DNA of 64,000 nt from assembly GCA_965603825.1 (NCBI GenBank), contig CBFDEM010000007.1, positions 78,111 to 142,110 of the forward strand, written 5' to 3'. Below are positions 23,006-35,416 of this stretch, one piece after another. The DNA is from Blepharisma stoltei ATCC 30299 (Eukaryota > Protista > Ciliophora). Below the pieces are notes generated by a model. It was not told the DNA's origin and did not search any database. It saw only the letters and a program-made list of their open reading frames with translations. The position numbers and the translations under genes were made by a program. The stretch's first letter is position 1, and each line of letters starts with the position of its first letter.

Positions 23006-26000
23006 ATGAAAAGTCTTATAAGCTTTCTAGCCCTTATATGACTAGCTATTGGAGATCCTACAAGAACTGCTAAAGATGGAAGCTTGGATCCAGGAAAAAT
23101 CAGATGGTGGAAAGACAGTTGGGCTCCTAATCCGATTGAGCTCTCTCAAACCAACTCTGGGACTTCCAGTGGTGTTACTGTCACTGTCAATTTTAGACCT
23201 CAAACATCTTTACCAACAACTGGAAATATGGGGATTGTTATTGTGACTGTACCATCAGCTTTTTCAAGCACAACAACTTATACTTCTGGCTCTATGGCAA
23301 TAAAGGCAAATACTGATACTTCGTATTCTTTTACTTTGACAACATCTTTACCTTCTGCCGCAGTCTACGGGCCTTTCCAAATTGTGACTAAAACTTCAAC
23401 GTCTGGGCAAATCTATGACGCAAACTACGTTTTCGGTTGTGTCGCAGTTTCAGCCTCAGTGTCTTCAGCTTCTGCGAATTCTTTGACAGTAAATGCAGTC
23501 ACTTTGACCTCTAATACAGCTTATGTTGGCTCCTCTGATGGACTTTACTTCACTTTTACAATTCCTGCTGGCACTAATCTTTGGAAACACGACATTTTTG
23601 AAATAATCCCTGACAGCCGCTGAACAATTCCTTCAAGCCCAACCTGTGCTTCTGTTGATATTTCAGGCACTACTAACAATATCAAAGGTCCTAAAGGAGA
23701 CAATAGCCTACCTTGTGCTATTGCAGCTACTGGAGCGGTTAACGGAGGATATAAAACTGCTAAATCAACCGCAACTCCTGCTACAAACAGTATTTATATA
23801 TATGGGCTTTCTCAAGACGTGCTTATAACATCAAGTTATCAGGTCAAGCTTCAAGTTTCCAGCTTTACTTTGCCTTCTTCAGCTGTTTCATCATCTAGCT
23901 TCAGTTGGAATCTAAAAATCTGGAGATGGGGAACCACAAATTTGCTTGCTCAATATGCTGGAACTGGGCCATTGACACCAGCCGCTGGAACTATAACAGT
24001 AAGCTCATGGGCTCCATATAATTCTAAATTGCAATCAGCAGATATCCCAAATACTACTAACTTATTTTATATCTTTACTACGCTCACTTTGCAAACAGCT
24101 CATCCAATTACAACTGGATCAATTACTATTACCTTTAACAGCAACGTAGATATTATTGGCGGCAAATGGTGGCAAGACGCTTATGATAATTCAGGGTCAA
24201 ATAATAAAGCCTTATGCTTTTTGAATACCTATGCAAATGGTGTGACTTGCTCTGTGGATAGTACGAATCAAGTTGCAAAAATAACTTTTTTTGAAAAAAG
24301 TTCTGGTCTCAAGGCTAATACAGCAATTTCTATTACTCTTTTAGCAAAACTAAGCTCAGGTGCTAAAATTTCTTCAATAACAAGCAATGACGCAACTACT
24401 TCTACCAATCTTATTGATCAGTTGACTACAGCGTACTCTTGGATATTTAGCAGCTCAGATGCCACCACATCTTTAACGACAATGAATGATTTCCAGTTTT
24501 ATGCAGTTGGTGGAACTGCTTCTGCGAGTTCTAGTGCGCCTGGATCAGTCAAATATAAAGATACAACAACAGCAGCAAACTGGAAAGCAGGCTTACAAAT
24601 AGGAGGTAATCTAGCTACTACTCAATTCTTGGTTGGGTCTGCAACGCCAACTAAAACCTGGGTTGCCAATTATAATTTAGTTGTAAACTTGTCTTTTGCA
24701 GACTCAGGAGGAGTGCAACTTAACCAACTTTACATCAAGAAAACTGCACAGTTTTTTGATGTTGCTACAGCCAGTGGATCTACAAGCAATATTGCAATTT
24801 CCTCGTCCACATCCTCTGCCAGTGTGCTAAAAGCTGGAACCCCAGGATCAATTAGCATTACAATTGCCTCAGGCTCTGTTCCAGCATCAACCTATACTTA
24901 TGTATTTGCATATGGAGATCCAACAAACGCGGATACTATGGTTACTGCTCTCCCATTCGTCACTTCAAATCTTGCAACCTTCTATGAGATTTGGGTTAAG
25001 GCATCTCCCCCTTCAGGAACTACAGCACCCTCTGAGTTTTTCAACTACGTTTATTCAGTTGTTCCTGGATCAACAACAGATTCCAGCTTAACATATTCTC
25101 CGTTATGCACAGACAAATCAGTCGGAGTCCCAATTTATGCAACTTATCATGCACTTGCTCTGACATTCAACTTTGCAGACTCAAAATATCACTATTATCT
25201 TGATATTGCTTTTACTAGTTCCTCAATCCCTACTAATTTAGGTAGTGGCTTAGATAATGGAAGCGCTTTCCCTGTAGCCTCAGCAACCACTGGGTATTCT
25301 CCAACCGCCACCATTTCTGGGAATGTAGTCACTATTTCTGGGCTTGGATCTGTGAGTGCGGGCACTTCAGTTAATATGCTCCTCCCGAGTGGAAACAATG
25401 TAGGCTCCAAAGGAACCCTGACTTTTTATTATCTTTTAGATGGAGCAGACCCTTCAAATAAGATGGTCTTATATACAAATTCGGTATCAGATTCTCTTGC
25501 TGCTACTACTACAAATGTATTCTCCTCAGCAACAATTACAAGTCCTTCCAGTGGTTATACTGTAGCAACTTCTTCGGCTACCACTCTAAACCTCAAGTTT
25601 GGAACAGATAACACACAAATCTCTAATTATGTTGGAATTGGCTTGTCTCCAGGTTTTACTTTGCCAAGTAGCTATACATTGACTATAGGATCAACACCAA
25701 CAACATTATCACCAGTTTATGGTATTTCTTCGTCAAGCAGCACCTTTAAAGGCGGGTTCGTTGTTGGATTCATTCCAGGCTCAGCCACAGTCAAAATTGG
25801 AACCACTGCTCTTGATTTGAAATTAAGTAGTTTAAATGCTCCATTGACTACTGGAGCGAGTTCAGATGCTAATACAGGCGGAAGTTTTGTTGTGTATGCA
25901 ACAGGCGCAATGGGAGCAGCATGTGTAGCTATTAACTCAGTTTCTAATCAGGTAAATGCTGCTAAAATTACAACAGATTCATGCTCAACGGACAAGTCAT

Positions 26001-29000
26001 ACACTCAAGGTTCAGATTCAGTTGATTCTACTCTAACGCTTTCATTTACCGCTATAAATCCAATCCCTGCTGATGGTAGTATTGTTTTTACTATATCAAG
26101 CTCATTCAGTGTTTTCACCTCAAGTTCATCATTCCCTCTTACAACTTGTCAAGGAGTTGGGTTAACTGACTACTCTTCAACTGTAGCTCAAAAATGCGAA
26201 GTAACTTCAACACAAATTAAACTGTCTAAATTTTCTCAAATTGCTGCAGGTTCAGTCAGTGTAAAAGTTTACCATGCAGTCCCATCCTCCACCTCTGCAA
26301 CGGCATTAACTTGCTTTTCAGCTGTAAATACTTATGATTCAAATGGCTATCTTATAGACTCTGTAACTAGTAGTTTACAGAACACTCTTACAGCTACCAC
26401 ATCATCTCAAGCAGGTACCACAAATACCAATTCTTTTACATCTAAAGCCTATCCAAATGTAGCTGGGGCTGTGGCTGATATATATCTTACCTTTTCGTTA
26501 TCAAAGGCTGTCCCTCAGTATGGCATCATAACTATTACTGCAGGATTTGTCAGCTCATTATCCTACTCCTCTGGAGATATCTCAAGTTCTTGCTGGACTG
26601 ACCAAGACTATTATTCTTGCCAAGCTTCAGGCACTTCGATTAGTATACAATTAAGCAATGCTCTTGCTGCAAATACGGCAATGAAGGTTTACCTGGATAT
26701 GGCTTTAACTCTTCCTACCTCCAATTCTACATCCACAGGCTGGACAATTAAATCCTCGTGGGGTGAAGTCTCAATCACAGCTGATTCTACTTCTGCATCC
26801 CCTGCAACATTCCAACAGGTAATAGGAACTGCTGTAAGCAACGCTATCACTTTAAGCTCAGTTGCCGCTGTTAACTCACAAACTGCAGATGAGACGACTT
26901 CTTATACCTTTACTTTCACATCAGCTGTTTTGGTGGCTACGACTGATTCCTTTGTGATTGAGTTCCCTAAAGACTTTAGCCCTCTTCTTGGACTTGCTAG
27001 TGCTGTATTCCCTGACTGCTCACCTAATAACTACTATACTACTTGCAGCTCAACTGCTTTAGGAATTTCTAGCGGAACTTATTGCAGCGTTGACCATTGG
27101 AAACTTACTGTCACTGGAATTACTAAGGGAACATCTGCGACTACTACAAATATTGATATTACTGTGGATGGAATCCAAAACCCAGCATCAGTTTCTGGAA
27201 AATTCAACTTATACCAATATGGCTCAGATGGATCTGTTAAGGCTTATATACAGAAAACAGGTTCACTGACTATTGCAAGTCTTCCATCAACGATTGTTTC
27301 TCTTAAAGATGCCACAGTGGATACTACAACTCTGTCGAAATCAGCTACGTATACATTTGATTTCTACCTTTCCTCATCCACCACCTTTACTACAGACCAC
27401 ATCATCTCAATCTATTTCCCATCGCAATTCAACAATAAATTAAGAAACGGAAGCACAGTTCCTTGCAAGTCTGTCTACTATGACGAATCATCCTCATCTA
27501 CCAGCACCACAACAAGCAATACTTTAAGCTCTGCAACCTCATGTTCAGTCTCAGGAAGCAACGTCACCCTTGCCTTCCCAAGCTCATTGACCACAGCTAC
27601 TGCAACAACCTCCAGAATTCAACTCCAACTGACAGGTTTCTATAACCCTGAATCAGGCATATCAAGAACCGCTGGGTGGGATATATCTGATTATTCCACT
27701 TTTAGCTCGTCTAAATTTGACCAATACAGTAATAAGTTTTCTATTGCAATCAACCAAAACAGTAAAACTCAGATTTACGCAGAAAGCTGGCCTAACCTTA
27801 ACTCAGCCTTTATTGGAGTACACTTGTAGGCTCATGGCTCTGGGTATTCGATCGCCTAGCCACTGCTTCCTCTTCAAAAATTTCATTATTGCCTGGTACA
27901 CAAAGCACTGATCATACTATGTGTCGATTCTTGATAGCAATAGCTGGCCTATGAAGTCAAAATCGTATAAAGTGAGCCCAATTTCAAATGCAAATTACCC
28001 TGATAGCTCAACCCTCAAATATTCATCAACTTTCCATGCCTACACTATTTTCCAGATGAATTCTCAGTTCAATTTCAGAGTAGCCGCTACAAGCAGTGCA
28101 GCAACTGGAATTTATTACATCGACTGGGGAACACCTACTGAAAAACTTCAAGATGGAGTTACTAATTCTTTATATGTCGCTCCATTGAGTACAATGATTG
28201 AAGTCTGCAGCTCCTTGTCTACTGCAACTGTCACTGTCGACACTTTACCAACCCTCTACCAATACTGAACCAGCATTCCAATCAAAGTATATCTTGCAAA
28301 TGCCCCTGCTTCCCAGTTAACAGTAACCCCTACATTCTCAGTCGCAGGATTTACAGTCACCCCGAATTCTCTTACTTTTGACTATGGTGTCAATACTCTT
28401 TACTTCCAAGTTAATGTTGGCTCTACCTATACAGCCTCAACCACATCACCAACTGTTAGCTTTACTTTGGGAGGAACTGACGCTGCTGCTTTTGCAGCAC
28501 CTAACAAGCAGACAGTAACTGTTTCAACAAGCTATCCTTCCATTGTGGCAGCCACTCCTGGACTATCGATCACTAAGGTAAGTGCTTCTGAAGTTAAAGT
28601 TGCAGTCACATCAACAATTGCAGGAGTTTTGTATTGGGGACTTGGATGCCAAGGCTCTCATGTTCTTAATTTTGCTGGCCTGTCATCCCTGGTTTCTGAT
28701 CTTGTGACACCATCTAAGAGTATTCAAAGCCTTCAGGAGCAATTGTCCGAACAATACCTAAGTACAGAAACTGATATCGATACAACTAAAGATACTGATA
28801 TTAATGCATTTTTCAAAAGAATTCATTCAGAGCATTGCAGTGACTACTGGGCTTCTTCACAGGTTATCACTACAGCTGGAGCTACTATTGATTTGAATTG
28901 GCTGATGGCAGGAACAAGCTATACTTTTTCAGCTTATATTGCTACAAGATTGACCAACAACACAGCTGCTTATCCTCTAAATACTTATAACTTTACTACA

Positions 29001-29786
29001 GATGCAGCAGCACAATACTATAGCACCTCTGTCACTTTCTCTGGATCTGTTCCTTCAACTTCAAGCAGCGGTATTGCTAAAGTGTTAGCTAAAAATATGG
29101 GTGTCAACCCTTCATGGCTTACTTATGTAAGTTCATCAAGAAGAATGCTACAAAGCTCTTCTGGCTCTACCACTACAACAACATTTGTTTATAATGTGCT
29201 TTCTGATAGCAGATATCCAGCCTATACTTCTTCAGGCATGATTTCTAATCTCAATACTAATCAGGCCCAAGCAACTTCAGACTTCTCTAGCGCATTAGCA
29301 TTAACCTCAACAGCCCTTGGAACATCCACAGCTGTCACAACTGGAACAGCTCCATCATGGTCCACTGCTCCTGCAAAGACTGCAAACACTGATACCTCTG
29401 CAACCTTCACTGCAGCTTCATCACAGGCTGGAACCATATATGTTTCTTGCACAGATAACGACCTTACAGGCCGCATTACTTATGCATGGCAAGTTACTAA
29501 TGGATTAGATGCAACTACTGAGAAAGTTCCTTCAGCAAATGTAGCCAGTGTTGCAACCACCAGTGAAACTCTTACAGTTTCAGGTTTGTCCGCAGGGACT
29601 TCTTATGCTTGCTACTTCACTGCTTGCAATAGTTACCCAGTAACACCTTCTTGCATTGAATATACCTCAACTACTCCTTTGCAAAGCATTACATTTAAGA
29701 CTTCTGGATCCTCAAGCAGTGACAGCAGTGCAGTTATGATGGGCGCAAGTGCACTTTTGGCTTTTATCTTAACCTTACTTAACTAA
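23006..29786 (+). CDS. Full-length Ser/Thr-rich surface protein (~2250 aa) with signal peptide and predicted GPI anchor; unresolved frame disruption at 27818-27920
   Basis: ATG 23006 MKSLISFLALIWLAIG; one frame to TAG 27827-27829 with TGA=Trp at 23039 and 23621; a second frame runs 27912-29786 (TGA 28266). Beta-rich, Ig/FN3-like C-terminal modules are inferred (LTVSGLSAGTSYACYFTACN). C-terminus SSSSDSSAVMMGASALLAFILTLLN* looks like a GPI signal. Confidence 0.8.
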
Positions 29787-29915
29787 GCTTTATCTTTAAC
29801 TTTGCCTTTACAATTAATTTTTCAGCTTAAACATATTAAAAATTAAGCATTATCTATTAAAAAGAGCAAATCTTATGGCTAATTCATCTATATTTTTTAT
29901 AACCTGGAACTTGAC

Positions 29916-32900
29916 TGGCTAGAAAGCCTAAGCTTGCCAATCTTTTTCAGATCCTATAAATTCTTAGTTTTTAGGTTTTTCTATTTAATTATGCCTCATT
30001 TTCTGTTATTTTATGCTTATGCATTTTATCTTGTGCTTATCTCATACTTATCTGCCTCTATTTCTAATTTAAGTGGAGATGAAGCAGCCATATAGTAAAA
30101 ATGCTTTGTATACCAGATAGACAGTATTTATGTTTCCTTCTGGGGTTAACAAAAAAGCTTTTCTTGAATTTTAATATAGGAAAGTTCATTATGCTTTTTA
30201 ACAATTTTTCAAAACGAAGCCCTTTCTTTTATTCTTTTCCTTAAAGAAAAACAGAATTAATTTACAATATTTTCTGATAAAGCTATCTGATTTTAATTCT
30301 TATATAGCAATGAAGCTTTTAAAAAAACTTAAAAAGCTCACAAGGTATTAAATCTCCATATTCCAATGCATTTAATTTGCTTATAATAGAAATATTGTGA
30401 ATATCTTCAATAATTCTCTTTAGAAGATGATAACAACTATTTTCTAGATCAGTTAAGTTTTTTTGCCTTGTATAATGAAAAGAGGATTTCCTTATGAATA
30501 CAAGCTATGGATTTAATTTTTCAAAGAAGTTCAGACTTTGTATTGTAAACCGAGAGAGTAGTGGGTCAAATTCCTATTTATTCTTCTGCTTCAATGTTCT
30601 AATTTAAGATCTTGATTTTTGGTGTTCAGTCTTGCAGCTAATTGGTCTAATATTCCTGTCATCTTTTACTATTGTATTTAGAAAAATTAGTCTTGGTGCT
30701 TTAAATTGTAAGTATTGTATCAAAATTATTCTATTATATGGACTGATTGTCGAGAGAATTTTTAAATCTATATATATTGCATGCGCTCGAGTCTTCTCTG
30801 ATTTTTTCATATTTCCCCTTTTTTATATAAAAATTTAATTTGTGTTGATTTTTCTTTTACCCAAAGAAGATTAATCTCAGAAACCCTTATAAATTTCTTA
30901 TGCAAAAAGACTAATAATATAAAAACTTTAAAAATATTGTTTATTTTCTAGCAAATTTATGAATTATATCTAGAAAATAAAGTGTTTCGGCTTCAGACAT
31001 TAATTTAATTTTTAGACTGATGATAGCAATTTTATAAGCTTAGACTAGTTAAAATAAGGTTTAGCAATCGATTTTGCTATGAAGCATTTAATTTTTTATT
31101 AATCGAGTCTAAAAATGCCAAGAAGGCCTGACTCATCAAATCTGTTTTGGAATTTGGTCAATGATTAAGTAGACGGGAAGGAAATTTGAGGTATTTTGCC
31201 TAAGATAGTAAAAAAAATTTGCTATTGGATGAGCCGGAGTAAAAATGAGCTGAGACTTAAAGGAGCGATGAAGATGAAGGCGAGAGTGGGTATGGCAAGA
31301 AGGTCTAATAGGCTACACAAGGAAATAGCTTGCATAAGGTATATCTACTGTATTGAAAAAGAGTAATCCAGGTGATGGATAGAGCATGCAAGATAAAAAT
31401 GAGTATAAGGGAAGAAACAAAATACTAGAATCACAAAGATTTTCCAGAATTAATGACTGAATTAGAAGAAGTGACCCTTGAAGAGCCTGAGGTTAAACTT
31501 CCGGATTAATTAAAGCATCTAGAAAGAAAGGGGTGAAGATGAAGAAGGAAGAGAAAATTGAGCACCTGGGAAAAGAGAAGGATCACGGTGGACTCCTTAG
31601 TTTATCAAGGACTTTAGATGATTGAGATGATCCTAAGGGAGCAGCAAAAAGAGAGGATGAAAAAGAAGGGAGGAGCTGAAGTTGAAGATGAAAAAGAAGA
31701 TAAAGGCGGAAATGAAAAAGAGCAGAAAATACAGGTGCTAACTTGGAGAAAGGCATAGATGGATGAGAAAAATCCAATAAAAGCTTGGAGAGAAGCAAGA
31801 GTGATGTGTAGATGCAGTAATAAAGCTATTTCATTGAGAAATACTTAGGAATAAGCGTGGAGAGAAGCTTTGCTAAAAACATTGGCTGATGTAAAAGAAG
31901 TAGCAGCAAATAGTGGAGGACTTAAGATGAAATAGAACTATTTTAAGTTGACTAATTGGGAAAAACCCACATGGGCTGTATTAGACCTAATAAATGATGA
32001 TGGTAATGATGCTATCAAGAGTCCCAATTTTTAATCACTCTTTTAGATATTTATAAGAAATTTGCAAGATTATATCAATAAAATGATTTTCATGCCGTGC
32101 TGCTTTGGTATTAGCAAACGATTTCAAAGCATCAAAAATATTATAAAATTTAGAAAATCCTAAATTCCAAGCAAAACTTCAAAGATGTTTTACATTTTTA
32201 TGTGAAGCTATTATACCCAATAATAAGTGCAAATGCATTTGATTTTAAAAATTTTGAAATAATTTTTAATTTTGCAATATACTCATTGAACGATTATATA
32301 CAAAAAATCAGAGAAAAATATTATAAACAAGAGAATGTTTAAAAAAATTAAAAACACTGCTGGAAATGGATTTACAAAACACAAATTTAATATTGAGAAA
32401 AATCCTCACTAAAAAGATAAAAATATTTAAAATTTAAAGTGCGAGAAAATAGATAAAAGAGATCGAATTTTTTAGTATGGCTTAACGCAATAGCAAGAAG
32501 TGGGGCTAGCATTAGTATCAGCTTAATTCAAGGATCAATTAATTAAAGGCCTCTTTGATAAGGCTTTAATTTAATTCTCTTGAATTTAATTAATGTTTTT
32601 TCTTCTATAATGCAACAGTCTTCCAATCTCTCCTGCTTCTCAATTAGTAATCACCCCTGCATTTTCAGTCACAGGACTCTACCTATCTTGCCTTTAACCT
32701 TTTATTTTTTAAGATAAGTTTGCTCATCTTATAAAGTTTCTAAAAAGCAGTCAATTCTTTAATTTGCCTTGTAGGAATTGATTTTACCAGCTTAAAAGCA
32801 CCATTTAAGGTGGCAGCTGCCGCTTCCTCAAGCTATTCTTCTGTTGTCAAAGTCACTAAAGGATTATCAGTCACAAAAGTCTTATTTTAGTTATTTTTAA

Positions 32901-32976
32901 TTCGACTAGCCACCACTGTATAAGTAGAGATTTTCACTCCTGATCAAGATTGCTACTTTTTGAAGCAGTTTTCTCA
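29916..32976 (+). repeat. Downstream block of the surface-gene unit, including coiled-coil-like repeat copy d (ATG 31115)
   Basis: Colinear with 2125-2545, 12050-14110 and 14120-16615. Confidence 0.85.
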
Positions 32977-33572
32977 GTTATCTGGCTCTGTCAGTCTTCT
33001 CAAGTTGCTCAAAGATTTTTGATCCATATTTTGCTTTCTAACTTTTAGGATTCTTAGTACCGATTTAATAGCTAGAAAACTAAGCCAAAAGCCTACCAAA
33101 TTATTTTACTTTTCTCTAAATTCAACCATCTGAAATAGCTGTAATTAATTTTTCTTGCATAACTAGGCCTAGCTTATTAGCATGCAAAACTTTACCTTCA
33201 AAGCAATCTTAAAACACTTGGAAGAAATTCAAAAAATAATTGGCTTGACTTGTGAATAGTTGATCATAATTCTTTAATTTTCTTCATAACTTGAATTTAA
33301 GCAGCCAAAAATAGGCTTAATAATTCAATCTGAAGCATAGTTCTAGGATTATGAACTCAAATATCGTTAATGTGTGATATGCTTTACTGCAAAATAAAAA
33401 ATTCCAAAACATTTTGAACTTAATGTTTTATGTTAAAAATTCTTTATAAGTAGTTATTAGGCTTTAAATCCTTCTTATTCTTTGATTTTTCTTCACAAAT
33501 GAAACCTCTTTATTCTTTTCCATTTTGATGTTGATTTAATAAGAAAAAAACTTTCATATCATATTTATATTA

Positions 33573-33935
33573 ATGGTAGGGTGGAAATACGAAGTATTTG
33601 ACTGCAGCGAAAACTACTACATGTTTTTCTGGGCTTTATGCATCCCTTGCGGCTATCATTGTATGCAAGTCTTCTCAGCAAAATTGGCTGAGCCAAGTAA
33701 TAAAGAAGCTGCTTTTAGAGCTTGTACACTAGTAATGCTTTTAGGGTGCTTTGGAGGTTCAATAAATCGAAAATTGCTTCGAAAAGTCCTTAGAATCCCA
33801 GATAACCCGTTTAGCGATTTTATTCACGTTCTAATGCCATGCTGTGCAGCAACACAAGAATGGATGCAAGTTATGAGCATCCAGAAAGGAGATCCAAAGG
33901 TAACAATTACAAAATTAAAGAAGATTCGCTCTTAA
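33573..33935 (+). CDS. PLAC8/cornifelin-family cysteine-rich protein (120 aa)
   Basis: W..E.FDC...C.PC at the N-terminus, R..LR..LRI and PCCAATQEW are the PLAC8 family pattern; ATG to TAA. Confidence 0.85.
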   Translation: MVGWKYEVFDCSENYYMFFWALCIPCGYHCMQVFSAKLAEPSNKEAAFRACTLVMLLGCFGGSINRKLLRKVLRIPDNPFSDFIHVLMPCCAATQEWMQVMSIQKGDPKVTITKLKKIRS

Positions 33936-34641
33936 AAGGCTAATCATATAATAATTGACAATATTTTTCCTAAACTGTCTTCATCGATAAAAAATCTGTA
34001 AATTGAACTATTAAATTCTAAAAGGGATTTTTAAAAAGTTTATAAGTAAATTTATAAATTTAGATATCGAATAATTATAGGCTTATCAAACTCTAGATTA
34101 CTCTGAAGAAGGCATGGTATTTTAAGGTAAATTAAAAATTTTTGGATAATTTTTATATTTTTTAAAAGCTGGTAATGCTTCTAGACTCAAATTGTGTCTT
34201 ATTGACACTGAAACCTTTTTATAATTCTTAAAAGTTTTCTATCTTATTTCAATTTTTAACTCAAAAGATTAGATTATCCGTTTTCTAACTTTATTCCCTA
34301 TTATATTTTATTTTAGAAACAAAAAACAGTTAAAAATAATTAAAAGTAAATTAGTCTAAAATCAAGCTGATTAATAATTTTATTTGATTATTATACATTA
34401 TTGTTTTATTCACAATGACAAATATTAAGTTATTTAAAAATTTTATAGTAAAATTTGTAAAAATTTCAATTAATCTTTCGCTTTTAGAATGCTTTGGCTC
34501 TCATCTCTAAAATTGAGCTATTTTTAAACGATATTTAATTAATTCTGTCAAGGTAAAAAATTGATTATTAAATACGCAGCATGAAATTGATGGGAACTTC
34601 CAAATTCTAATTATCCCAGGGGGTATAATTTTTATTTCCCA

Positions 34642-35376
34642 ATGGCAATCAAAAAATCTTCCCTAGATCTCAACTCTCTCCCAGCCAGTTTTCTTAGAGT
34701 CTTAAAAGAAGAAGACATTCGAAGATGCACAAGAGTTTACAACGTTGAAGAACAAGAAGAAATAAAACCCTTCAAGAGGCCAGCAGAAGTCGAAATAAGC
34801 CCTGAGCCTTTAAAGAAAATCCACTCAGCGATTTCAGCTTGTTCTTATGATGTCCCTGACTTTGCATCCAGATGTCTTGAAGATTTAAACGAAATTTTTA
34901 GAGGAAAAATCATGCCTCCCCCTTCTCCTCCACCTGCAGACATCCCTCAAGTCGATTCGATAATAGAAAAACCAATAGAAAACGATGAAGAAGAGCCTGA
35001 ATGGCCTGAAATAAAAAATGATCAAGAATATTTGCATCCTTTATTGCAGCTGGCAATTGAGCTGGACAAGGCTACAAAGTTTTCGATGGCTCAGATGAAG
35101 ATTGTTGAGAAATATCAAGTGCCTTTCTTTCGTAACCAAGATAAAAATAACAAAAAATTCGAAAAAAGGAGAGATAGAGGGAGATCTAAGAATGCTTTCG
35201 ATATAAGCGTGATGCTAGCTGAGCTTCCAAAGGAAGAAAAAGCACTGATATTTAGGAAATATGTGATTAAAAGGGTGAATATTGGATATTCACAGAGAAA
35301 AATCGCATATGAACAGTATATTGAAAATATGACGAACCAAAAAATAGAAAAGAAAGAAATTGTAAGCGCCACTTAA
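34642..35376 (+). CDS. Hypothetical protein (244 aa) with Pro/acidic middle and basic C-terminal helical region
   Basis: Uninterrupted ATG-TAA ORF, GC higher than its flanks; no family recognised. Confidence 0.75.
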   Translation: MAIKKSSLDLNSLPASFLRVLKEEDIRRCTRVYNVEEQEEIKPFKRPAEVEISPEPLKKIHSAISACSYDVPDFASRCLEDLNEIFRGKIMPPPSPPPADIPQVDSIIEKPIENDEEEPEWPEIKNDQEYLHPLLQLAIELDKATKFSMAQMKIVEKYQVPFFRNQDKNNKKFEKRRDRGRSKNAFDISVMLAELPKEEKALIFRKYVIKRVNIGYSQRKIAYEQYIENMTNQKIEKKEIVSAT

Positions 35377-35416
35377 TATAATAAATTATTAATTTTTTCT
35401 AATTTTTGCAGTTATT

